DNA of 64,000 nucleotides from Candidatus Latescibacterota bacterium. Lineage in GTDB: Bacteria; Latescibacterota; UBA2968. Of the stretch, positions 46,500 to 55,251 are shown piece after piece (position 1 is the first letter of the stretch; each line of letters opens with the position of its first letter). A model generated the notes under the pieces. It had not been told where the DNA came from. It searched no databases and saw nothing but the letters and a program-made list of their open reading frames with translations. The position numbers and the translations under genes were made by a program. The stretch is taken from positions 6,176,001-6,240,000 of the forward strand of contig OZ244960.1 of the NCBI GenBank assembly GCA_965222605.1. Reading direction: 5' to 3'.

Positions 46500-47960
46500 A
46501 TGTATGATCCCTATTCACTAATTGGCGTGCGATCGTTTATCAATTGCTGTGGTACGCGAACGATTCACGGGGGTACACTGATGTTGCCGCAGGTGCGCGA
46601 AGCGATGATGGCTGCTTCGCGCTTTTTTGTCAACATGGATGAACTCATGGCGGGGGTGGGTAAGCGTTTGGCCACGCTTACAGGAGCAGAGTGGGGGATG
46701 GTAGCCCCTGGCGCGGCGGCATGCATGTGTCACGCAACAGCAGCCTGTGTGACGGGTGGCGATCCCGAGTTGATGTTTCGATTGCCCGATACAAGTGGGA
46801 TGAAGCGCGAGGTCGTCATGCCCAGAGAAAGTCGATTTACGTATGATCACGCCATTCGCTCGGTAGGGGTGACGATCGTGGAGGTGGCTAATCTCAGGGA
46901 AATGGATGCGATGCTCGATCGGGAACAGGTGGCTATGGTTGCCTTACTGGGGACCTGGGAGACGGATATGACACTTGAATCGGTTGTTGACATGGCGCGC
47001 AGGAGAGATGTTCCCGTGCTGGTTGATGCAGCGTCGGAGCATCTCCAATCTCCTGAACCCTATACCAATCGCGGTGCGAATTTGGTCGCTTATAGCGGGG
47101 GCAAATACCTGCGCGGACCCCAGCCTACGGGATTGTTATTAGGTGACCGCGATCTCGTCGAGGCCGCCTGGGTTCATGCGGCACCTCATCACACGCTTGG
47201 ACGCGCGATGAAGATTGGGAAAGAGGAGGTTATGGGCATTTTAGCGGCTGTGGAATATCTGCTAAAGGAACGCGATTCCGAGAGTGAATACGAGGGCTGG
47301 ATTACCAGCCTTGAGACGATTGCACAGCATGTGACGGATGTATCGGGCGTAGAAGCAGAAATTCTCGCGTCTGATCAGTCAGATGTTCCCCGGTTGGAAA
47401 TCCAGTGGGATAGTGACCGCATTGGTCTGACCGGCCTTGAATTGCGCGAACAACTTTTGTGCGGTGATCCTCGCATTATGCTGGATGATCGCGGGGCAAC
47501 GGATACATCTATTTTTATTTTGCCGTTTTCGCTACAATCTGGGGAAGCAGATATTGTTGGCGGGCATATTCGCGACGCATTATCCCACGCACCTTTGCCT
47601 TTGAAAGAAAAGGCGCGAGAACCCATTGATGTGTCGGGTGCATGGGAAATTGAAATCGCGCTTGTAAGAAAAATAGCGCGTCATCGCGTGGATATTGAAC
47701 AAATTGCCGGCGTTTTAACAGGTGATCACCAGACGCGCGGGCTAATAAATTCGTTGAACGGCTCAGTGAATGGAGATAAAATCGTATTGACGAGCCAACA
47801 TCGATTTGAGGGAACCCATCTATCTTATCGATTTGAGGGAACGGTGTCGGGTAACGAAATGCGCGGCGAAGTTGAAATGGGCAGTTCGGGACAGTCTGCA
47901 CCCGGGCCGTTGAATCAGCGCGAATATGGCACTGCGAGATGGCGGGCGGTGAGACGATAG
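46500..47960 (+). CDS. SelA-like PLP-dependent enzyme (DgaE-like) with C-terminal beta domain
   Basis: INCCGTRTIHGG, VDAASE, YSGGKYLRGPQ PLP lysine, GRAMKIGKEE. Confidence 0.85.
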   Translation: MYDPYSLIGVRSFINCCGTRTIHGGTLMLPQVREAMMAASRFFVNMDELMAGVGKRLATLTGAEWGMVAPGAAACMCHATAACVTGGDPELMFRLPDTSGMKREVVMPRESRFTYDHAIRSVGVTIVEVANLREMDAMLDREQVAMVALLGTWETDMTLESVVDMARRRDVPVLVDAASEHLQSPEPYTNRGANLVAYSGGKYLRGPQPTGLLLGDRDLVEAAWVHAAPHHTLGRAMKIGKEEVMGILAAVEYLLKERDSESEYEGWITSLETIAQHVTDVSGVEAEILASDQSDVPRLEIQWDSDRIGLTGLELREQLLCGDPRIMLDDRGATDTSIFILPFSLQSGEADIVGGHIRDALSHAPLPLKEKAREPIDVSGAWEIEIALVRKIARHRVDIEQIAGVLTGDHQTRGLINSLNGSVNGDKIVLTSQHRFEGTHLSYRFEGTVSGNEMRGEVEMGSSGQSAPGPLNQREYGTARWRAVRR

Positions 47961-47978
47961 GCCACTTGAGGACTGGGA

Positions 47979-48971
47979 CTATTTGGAAATGGATACAGTT
48001 TTTCCATTTTTGCCCGATTCCATTGCCGCAAAGATGAGTGCCATTGTTTTGCGTACATCTTGAGCTGATGCTTGTGCGAGTGGGCGATTGTTGCGGATAG
48101 CTGTGAGAAATTCGAGATGAATGGTGGGTTCGCCAGCGAGGAGAACGGTTTCGGGTATGTTCTGTTCTTTGCCGTTGAGCAATAAAGGTCCACGGGTACT
48201 GTTGAGGTGAATGACGCCTTCATCGCCCATTACGATCCATTCCGTGCCGCCCTGATGGTGAAATGAGAGGGCACAGTTGAGGATGGCATTGCTTTCTGTT
48301 GTGGCGATGAGGGAGACTTCGTCTTCGATGTCGATATCGGGGTGTGGGTCGATGTTTTGCACGATTGCAGAGACGGATACGGCTTTTTCATCCATCCACC
48401 ACAAGAGTACATCGAGCGAGTGAACGCCAATGCCGGGGAGAATGCCGCCCGATAATTCCTGACGCGCAAACCAGCTATTTTCGTCGCCGCCGCGGCCCGA
48501 CCCAAGTCTGCGGTGGATGACGTGGCGAATTTTTCCTACAGCTTTTTCTTCGAGTAGCTTTTTGACCTGACGAATAGCTGTTGAAAAACGCTGGCTCTGT
48601 CCAGACATGAGCAATTTGCCTTTGGCTTCGGCTGTAGCGATCATGTCATCGACATCTGCGAGGGTGAGAGCCATGGGTTTTTCGATAAGGGTGTGCAATC
48701 CTTTTTCGAGACAGGCAATGGTGTAATCCCGGTGCAGGAAGTTGGGCACGGCAATAATTGCAGCATCTGCTTCCACGTTTGCAAGTGCCTGGTCGAGGTT
48801 GTCAAAGGTGGTTGACACGCCATACTGGGTTTTTAGATTGTTGCGGGCGTCTTTCGACGGATCAACGCCAGCGACAATGAGACCGAGTTCCGGCAGGGAC
48901 TTCAAACTATTGGCATGGCCCAAAGCCATGCGACCACAGCCGACGAGCAAAATGCGAATGGGGGGCTTCAT
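47979..48971 (-). CDS. Gfo/Idh/MocA family oxidoreductase
   Basis: LVGCGRMA, AVPNFLH, IEKPMA, GVHSLD. Confidence 0.92.
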   Translation of the reverse strand: MKPPIRILLVGCGRMALGHANSLKSLPELGLIVAGVDPSKDARNNLKTQYGVSTTFDNLDQALANVEADAAIIAVPNFLHRDYTIACLEKGLHTLIEKPMALTLADVDDMIATAEAKGKLLMSGQSQRFSTAIRQVKKLLEEKAVGKIRHVIHRRLGSGRGGDENSWFARQELSGGILPGIGVHSLDVLLWWMDEKAVSVSAIVQNIDPHPDIDIEDEVSLIATTESNAILNCALSFHHQGGTEWIVMGDEGVIHLNSTRGPLLLNGKEQNIPETVLLAGEPTIHLEFLTAIRNNRPLAQASAQDVRKTMALIFAAMESGKNGKTVSISK

Positions 48972-49008
48972 CGTGTTCTCCGTTTACAGGATGGGTTGAT
49001 CAGGTGTC

Positions 49009-49512
49009 TTATGTCTTTGAGACGGTGCGAAAGCCCAGGCGTTTGTAGAGGCGAACGGCGGGTTCACGCCAGAGAGCTGTGTTGAGATAGGCATCGGCAT
49101 ACCCGCGGGCAACGAGTTCTTTAAGTGCGCGAAGGGTGAGAGCGTAGCCGAGTCCATGCCCACGGTATTTGGGATCGGTACCAACCCAGTGGATAAGGCC
49201 AACTGGGCCTCCTCCGTAATAGGCTTCCCACGCGCTGGCAGTTGCGACCATGTAATCGTCTTTGAGAGCAACAAAAATGCGCTTGTAGTCGCAACACGGT
49301 TCACGGGTGAATGTGGTGTGAAAATTGTCGATGGTCCAGGGTTTTCCGCCTTCTTCGCCAAAAGCCTCATTTTTCATGCGAACCCATTCTTCTTCTTCTC
49401 CGAGCCAGAGCGAGCGAATTGTGAAGCCTTCAGGCTCAGTGTATTCGGGAAGTGGATGGCTGAGAGGGCGGTGCATGCGAATGCTGCTTGTGGGATTGGA
49501 CGCAACGTTCAT
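49009..49512 (-). CDS. GNAT family N-acetyltransferase
   Basis: VGTDPKYRGHGLG acetyl-CoA motif, AVRLYKRLGF. Confidence 0.9.
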   Translation of the reverse strand: MNVASNPTSSIRMHRPLSHPLPEYTEPEGFTIRSLWLGEEEEWVRMKNEAFGEEGGKPWTIDNFHTTFTREPCCDYKRIFVALKDDYMVATASAWEAYYGGGPVGLIHWVGTDPKYRGHGLGYALTLRALKELVARGYADAYLNTALWREPAVRLYKRLGFRTVSKT

Positions 49513-49514
49513 CG

Positions 49515-50525
49515 TTAAAAATCCAGGAATACGGTTGCCGGACGATTGTTTTCAATGGATTCGATTATGGCACAGCATACGGCGACGGACCGCGCACCAT
49601 CAACCGCGTCGATCAGCGGTTTTTCACCACGTTCAATACAGGTTAAAAAGTGGTCGAGTTCCTGGGGACACGTATGGTCTTCTGCGCGAATTTCAATTGG
49701 TAGCTCAGACCATTCTTCAATGTGGGGCATACCGCCGATGAAGAGTTTGTTGTTGTGAATGGATCCTCTGGTTCCGTGATAGCTAAAGTTGAGGTTATAA
49801 GGGATTTCAGCGCCACAGGAGACCAGGCATTTGCCCAGGGCACCGGATTCAAATTTTAAGCCTGCAATAACCGTGTCGTACCATGGTGCATCGGGAATAT
49901 TTTTGTTCACGCCATACGCGCTTACTTCAACGATTTCTCCGGCGATCCACCGCATCAGGTCTAAGGGGTGGCACGCCCCGCCGATAATGGGCAGTTGGCC
50001 TTCTTTTTCCGTGTCCATCCACCAGTCGTGACCCGGCAAAGGCAGGAAGGGTTTGAGGTCGTGGATATAATCGCCTTCTACAAAACAGGCTTCTCCCAGC
50101 GTGCCGTTGTGAACGAGATGGTAAATGGTTTCAAATATGTTGCTAAATCGCGCGCCGTGACCGACCATGACTTGTCGCCCGGATCGTTTGGCTGCATCGA
50201 CGATTTTTTGACAGTCTTCAACCGTAACGGCGAGGGGTTTTTCCACAAAGACGTGCTTGCCCGCGTCGAGCGCAGCGATGGCTTGATCTATGTGTTGTGA
50301 GTTGGGCGTGCAGAGATAAATGATGTTGATTTCGGAGTCGGACAGGACGCTCTCGTATTCTGTCGAGATTTTATCTGCGCGATATGTCGCTTGTAGATCT
50401 TTTGCGATCTGTTCGCTGCGCGGCGTTGTACATATCGTTCGCAAATGTGCATTGGGATGTGCTGAGATGGCTTTGATGTGCTCGCCACCGATATAGCCCG
50501 TTCCTATCACGGCAATCGCGTTCAT
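49515..50525 (-). CDS. Gfo/Idh/MocA family oxidoreductase
   Basis: IGTGYIG, CTPNSQH, GKHVFVEKP, CHPLDL. Confidence 0.92.
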   Translation of the reverse strand: MNAIAVIGTGYIGGEHIKAISAHPNAHLRTICTTPRSEQIAKDLQATYRADKISTEYESVLSDSEINIIYLCTPNSQHIDQAIAALDAGKHVFVEKPLAVTVEDCQKIVDAAKRSGRQVMVGHGARFSNIFETIYHLVHNGTLGEACFVEGDYIHDLKPFLPLPGHDWWMDTEKEGQLPIIGGACHPLDLMRWIAGEIVEVSAYGVNKNIPDAPWYDTVIAGLKFESGALGKCLVSCGAEIPYNLNFSYHGTRGSIHNNKLFIGGMPHIEEWSELPIEIRAEDHTCPQELDHFLTCIERGEKPLIDAVDGARSVAVCCAIIESIENNRPATVFLDF

Positions 50526-50558
50526 TGGGATACCTCCTGTAGTTTATCCAACAGGGCG

Positions 50559-50600
50559 TGAAAATGTAAGATTGAAAATGTAAAATTGAAAACTAAAAAT
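50559..50600. repeat. Short tandem heptamer array (6 x 7 bp)
   Basis: TGAAAAT GTAAGAT TGAAAAT GTAAAAT TGAAAAC TAAAAAT. Confidence 0.7.
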
Positions 50601-50639
50601 CGAGTGGTATATTAAACTTCATAACATGGAGGTGAGAAT

Positions 50640-52016
50640 ATGGCACAAAAAGATCGACCAAATGTGTTATTCATTTCGTTTGATGATTTAAATCACTATG
50701 TGGGGTTTTTAGATCGTGCACCGAATGCTGTGACCCCTCATTTTAATCGATTGGCCGAGCGGTGTACAGTATTTGAACGCGCGTATTGTCAGGCGCCAAT
50801 TTGCAATCCGTCTCGGGCGAGTTTGATGAGTGGGTTGCGACCATCCACTACGGGTGTTTATAATAATCGACAGCCGCTCAGATTTTCGGAAGCGGGAAAG
50901 AATTGCGTGACTTTGCCACAGTACTTTCGGCAAAACGGCTATTTCACAACGGGCAGTGGCAAGGTATATCACGGTAAATTTCCCGATCCAATGTCGTGGG
51001 ATTCTTATGTGCCGAGTTTGTTCAACCAATCGCATTCCGGCGCGGAACCCGATCATCATCCTGTAAATGGCATGGCGGGTATGGGCAATCTGGACTGGGG
51101 ACCGATGGATGTTGCCGATGAAGATATGCAGGATTACAAGGCTGTGAGTTATTGTGTTGAGCAATTGCATGAAAGGCATGACAAGCCCTTCTTTTTGACG
51201 TGTGGATTTAAGCTGCCACATCTGATGTGGCATGTGCCGAGGAAATATATAGAGGCTTATGACCTGAGTGATCTTCATCTGCCCGAGACATTGGCAAATG
51301 ATCTGGATGATGTTCCCGAGGTCGCGCAGCGATGGGCGAATCAGAAACCGCATGCGCGCATCGTAGGAGCAGGGCAATGGAAAGAAGCGATTCGGTGTTA
51401 TCTGGCGTGTATCAGTTTTGTCGATACACAAATTGGACGATTGATAGATGCGCTGGATGCAAGTGCTTATGCCGAGGATACAGCAATTGTTTTGTGGGCA
51501 GATCACGGGTGGCATTTGGGCGAAAAAAGCCACTGGAAAAAGAGTACGTTGTGGGAAGAAGCCACGCGCGTGCCCTTGCTTATTTCGGCTCCGGGGTATT
51601 CGCCCGGCACCTGTTCAAAGCCCGTGGGATTGATCGATATTTATCCTGCGCTGATTGCGTTGTGCGGCTTGCCAGATCACAAAGGATTGGAAGGCCGAAG
51701 TCTGTTGCCTTTGATGGAAAATCCCAACCGCAACTGGCCCTTTCCCGCAATCACTACACACGGGCGTGGCAATCATGCCATACGGTCTGAGCGATGGCGA
51801 TATATCTGTTATGCAGATGGATCAGAGGAGCTTTACGATCACAGGCATGACGAGATGGAGTGGGAAAATATGGCGCATAGCCCTATTTTACGCGAGGTCA
51901 AAGAGCTTTTGGCACAGTGGTTGCCCGAAAACGATGCGCCGGATTCTGAGATTGTCGAATGGCCTGAAGAGACAGAAAGCTATCGGGCGAGGATAGAGGT
52001 GATGATGGACGAATAG
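50640..52016 (+). CDS. Cys-type sulfatase (iduronate-2-sulfatase/choline-sulfatase-like)
   Basis: PNVLFISFDDL, CNPSRASLMSG FGly motif, GKVYH, ADHGWHLGEK. Confidence 0.93.
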   Translation: MAQKDRPNVLFISFDDLNHYVGFLDRAPNAVTPHFNRLAERCTVFERAYCQAPICNPSRASLMSGLRPSTTGVYNNRQPLRFSEAGKNCVTLPQYFRQNGYFTTGSGKVYHGKFPDPMSWDSYVPSLFNQSHSGAEPDHHPVNGMAGMGNLDWGPMDVADEDMQDYKAVSYCVEQLHERHDKPFFLTCGFKLPHLMWHVPRKYIEAYDLSDLHLPETLANDLDDVPEVAQRWANQKPHARIVGAGQWKEAIRCYLACISFVDTQIGRLIDALDASAYAEDTAIVLWADHGWHLGEKSHWKKSTLWEEATRVPLLISAPGYSPGTCSKPVGLIDIYPALIALCGLPDHKGLEGRSLLPLMENPNRNWPFPAITTHGRGNHAIRSERWRYICYADGSEELYDHRHDEMEWENMAHSPILREVKELLAQWLPENDAPDSEIVEWPEETESYRARIEVMMDE

Positions 52017-52044
52017 ACAAAGGTGGATACAAGCTGATCGCTTC

Positions 52045-54021
52045 TCACCATCCATGCACAATATGGCCTGCGTCGGGGAACCAGATGGCATCGACACCTG
52101 TAGAGATGCCAACGCCAAGCAAGTAGCCGACCATGAGGCCGTACCAGAAGGGCAGGGATTTGTAGAGCGCGACGCCGCCAAAACGCATGATGAGTGCTTT
52201 GGTCGCCCACACAACAAGCAGGCTAAAGCCATAGCGGCGGGTGGGAAAGGCAATGGCTACGGGATTAAAGGGCCACCAGGAAAAACGCGTGCGTATGTAG
52301 GTCAGGGTGCCGGCTATTGCAAATCCCCAGAGCCACACGCCCAACTTTTCGATGTCGAAGTAGAGTATTGTAGAGCCTTCTACATAAGGGACCAGTTGCT
52401 CGAGACGTCGCCAATCACCCAAATAGAGCGGGCCGTTCATTCCACCGTCCATGTAGCTGCGATACAGCGAATCGGTGGCCGTTGTGATACAGCCCGCGAT
52501 GTAGGCTATGGGGATAATGGCCCAGACCATGGGATGTCGCTTGAGGTGGTTGCCCAGCATGCGAAAGTAGTGGGGAACAGACATGGTGGCGGTGAGGCGA
52601 ATGGGCATGCCGGCAAATCCATTGCGGTTGATCATCCAGATTGTCGTGAGTGTTCCGGGCGACATGTTAGCCGTGCCGCCCATCTGCATCCACACATTGC
52701 CTCCCTTGTCGGCACCCAGTCCGCCGGTACTTCCGGGGGATAAAAAGGTGAATCCGGTTGCTGCGGCGTATTTGGCTACGCCGAATAGCGCGATGAACAT
52801 CAAGATGAGTTGCACAATGGTTGCCCAGAGTTCCATACCTGCGGCCAGGCACCAGCCCGCGAGGAATATGACCGAAGCCGAGAGGCCGAGCCAGGCGGTT
52901 CGATAGGTGACTGGTGTTCCATCGTCTGCGGCGCGGTTGCTCATCAGCGCACATTCGAGGGTGTTTTTGAGGTGTTTGCGGGATACCCATAGCGACCAGG
53001 CGACGAGAAAAACGAGTGCGCCGTGGGATTCGAAGCTGAGTATTTCTGCCGGTGTCGCTTGCTGTCCCTGTAAACCCACTGTGATGCCAGTTTGGTTCAT
53101 CAGCCCCTCTTTGATAATATTGAGGACATTGTAGAACCAGAAACTGAAGAGCAGGTCAAGCGGGCATAAATATGCCAGGCCCATTATCAGGGGTTGCATG
53201 CGTAAAAAATATCTTGGATAGTGATAGCCGATGTTTATAGCCATTTGTCCGGCGAGGTCGTAGATGGGAATATGGGGCAGGGTGTGGACAAAATAACCCG
53301 CTATATTCCAGCAGATCACAAAGGCCGAAATGCCAAATCCCACCCAAAACAGGGGGGCGTGAAAGACGACGGGCAGGCGATAGCCGGGTTCTTCGCGCAA
53401 CATTTCGGTGGGGAAGATAGCCATCGGAAAGGTGAGTCGCTCTTTTTCATGCCACTGTTTGAAGAACAAGACGCTGCAAAAAAAACCGGCCATGACCACG
53501 GATAAACAGGCGGCGGTCCACCAGAAGAGCGGGCGGATCCACGGTTGCCAGGGAATAGATGTGTTGGGTTCTAACCCCCCGTAGAGTTGCCCGATAACCA
53601 CGGGCGATTTTTGCATAAATAGCCAGTCGGGCAGCAGAGGGGCAATGACGTCGCCCACGCGGTTTTCCGGCGATGCGAGGTGTACCGGGGCAGAGATGTT
53701 GCCCAGGAGATAGCCCGCCCAGCCCGTGGTGGGTAAGTTGCCTACGAGCCAGACCATGAAGAAGATGGTTAGCATTTCCGTGCGCGACAGGGCGCGTTTT
53801 GGCGCGACGAGTTTGAGTATGGCGTTGATACCGACCCAGGCGACAAAGGGGATCAGAGCCGATACGGGCATGTAGTTTTTGATCATATTCCACGCAAAAT
53901 GCGTGATGTAGATCGTCATGAGGGCAATGGTTAAGATGCCGAGCATGACTGCGCGCACTGTGATGCCCGAATCCTGCGTATCGGGAACGGTTTCCCGGGA
54001 TATGTCTGTTTGTATGGCCAT
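52045..54021 (-). CDS. DUF6785/DUF6784-type polytopic membrane protein (putative transporter)
   Basis: ITVRAV..G, IPWQPWIRPL, QWHEKERLTFP, WWPFNPV, RFGG..LY...PFWYGL. Confidence 0.75.
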   Translation of the reverse strand: MAIQTDISRETVPDTQDSGITVRAVMLGILTIALMTIYITHFAWNMIKNYMPVSALIPFVAWVGINAILKLVAPKRALSRTEMLTIFFMVWLVGNLPTTGWAGYLLGNISAPVHLASPENRVGDVIAPLLPDWLFMQKSPVVIGQLYGGLEPNTSIPWQPWIRPLFWWTAACLSVVMAGFFCSVLFFKQWHEKERLTFPMAIFPTEMLREEPGYRLPVVFHAPLFWVGFGISAFVICWNIAGYFVHTLPHIPIYDLAGQMAINIGYHYPRYFLRMQPLIMGLAYLCPLDLLFSFWFYNVLNIIKEGLMNQTGITVGLQGQQATPAEILSFESHGALVFLVAWSLWVSRKHLKNTLECALMSNRAADDGTPVTYRTAWLGLSASVIFLAGWCLAAGMELWATIVQLILMFIALFGVAKYAAATGFTFLSPGSTGGLGADKGGNVWMQMGGTANMSPGTLTTIWMINRNGFAGMPIRLTATMSVPHYFRMLGNHLKRHPMVWAIIPIAYIAGCITTATDSLYRSYMDGGMNGPLYLGDWRRLEQLVPYVEGSTILYFDIEKLGVWLWGFAIAGTLTYIRTRFSWWPFNPVAIAFPTRRYGFSLLVVWATKALIMRFGGVALYKSLPFWYGLMVGYLLGVGISTGVDAIWFPDAGHIVHGW

Positions 54022-54169
54022 TTATGTAAAGGGGCTAAGGAGTTGAGTGCTCGTCCGAGATGCATTTTAATGACAGGACAAAATAGGGCGAAGGTCAGAA
54101 GTTTTCAACTTAAAATTTATGCTATAATTTTCGGTGAATCCAGGGGGTGATCCCCAGAAGGAGGGTGTT

Positions 54170-55051
54170 ATGGATGTTTATGAGAAGTATTTTTTCGATG
54201 TGAATGGGTATCTGGTTGTGGAGGATATTTTGTCTGCCGAGCAGGTCGCAGCACTCAATGAGGCAATTGACCACAATCGGGATAGAATTCGGATTCGGGA
54301 GGGAACAGAGAGGTTGTCGGGCGGCGCGGGCAAACACGGTGGTGAGGTTTCTGTTGCACTGGAGGGCGCGCACGGGCGAGGGGATATCGGGAGTATTTTG
54401 AGATGGCCGAAGTCGTGGTGCCAACCCTTCCGCGATTTGCTATCCCATTTACCAACAATGCACTATATGCTCGACATGATCGGCAATGGGTTTCGCTATG
54501 GCAATGCCAATGGGATTAGCATGACCAAAGGCGCAGAAGGGCATCTGCTTCACGGTGGCGGTGGGTTTTTGGGCGGACATATGTATTTCTGCAAGGATGG
54601 GAAGATGTGGAATAATCTGATTGCCGTGTGTTATCAGCTTGCCGATGTCAATCCCGGCGATGGTGGGTTTGTGTGTATCCCCGGCAGTCATAAGGCAAAT
54701 TTTGAATGTCCGACGGATGTGCGCCGAATGGAGCGGGATTTGGGGTGTTTTAAACATATTCCCATGAAGGCGGGATCCGCGGTGATTTTTACCGAGGCGT
54801 TGACACATGGCGCGATGCCGTGGACTGCGGATCACGAGCGACGGACTCTGTTGTATCGCTATGCCGCAGGTGGATATGTCAACCCGCCCAGTGGCAATGA
54901 CCCAGCGAAATACGCGCCATTTATGGATGAGTTGACACCGCTTCAGCAGGCTATTATGCAACCCCCGCACAATGCGGGGCGTATAGATATTGCGGCACTC
55001 ATCAAGGCGGAGGAAAAAGCGAGTGCTGAATGCCGGGGAGTCGCTCAGTGA
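54170..55051 (+). CDS. Phytanoyl-CoA dioxygenase (PhyH) family protein
   Basis: YFFDVNGYLVVEDIL, LH, GDGGFVCIPGSHK, KAGSAVIFTEALTHG, RR. Confidence 0.9.
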   Translation: MDVYEKYFFDVNGYLVVEDILSAEQVAALNEAIDHNRDRIRIREGTERLSGGAGKHGGEVSVALEGAHGRGDIGSILRWPKSWCQPFRDLLSHLPTMHYMLDMIGNGFRYGNANGISMTKGAEGHLLHGGGGFLGGHMYFCKDGKMWNNLIAVCYQLADVNPGDGGFVCIPGSHKANFECPTDVRRMERDLGCFKHIPMKAGSAVIFTEALTHGAMPWTADHERRTLLYRYAAGGYVNPPSGNDPAKYAPFMDELTPLQQAIMQPPHNAGRIDIAALIKAEEKASAECRGVAQ

Positions 55052-55251
55052 TATTGAAATTTTTGTTGCCGCCAAGTTTTTTTATGCCACCATCACGACA
55101 AAGAAGACAGCAGATTGGGGCTGCCAAAAAATAAAACAATTTCTCAATATAATATACCCCAAGGAGAAAAAACATGACAAAGAAACGGATATTGTTACAC
55201 AAGGGTGGTATGAATGTATTCGCCACTGGGTTAAGAGAAAATTGGGCTGCT

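Noticed and set aside
46500-47960. Selenocysteine synthase selA
   Set aside because: It lacks the SelA N-terminal tRNA-binding domain and selB/selD context; its motifs fit the SelA-like/DgaE group.
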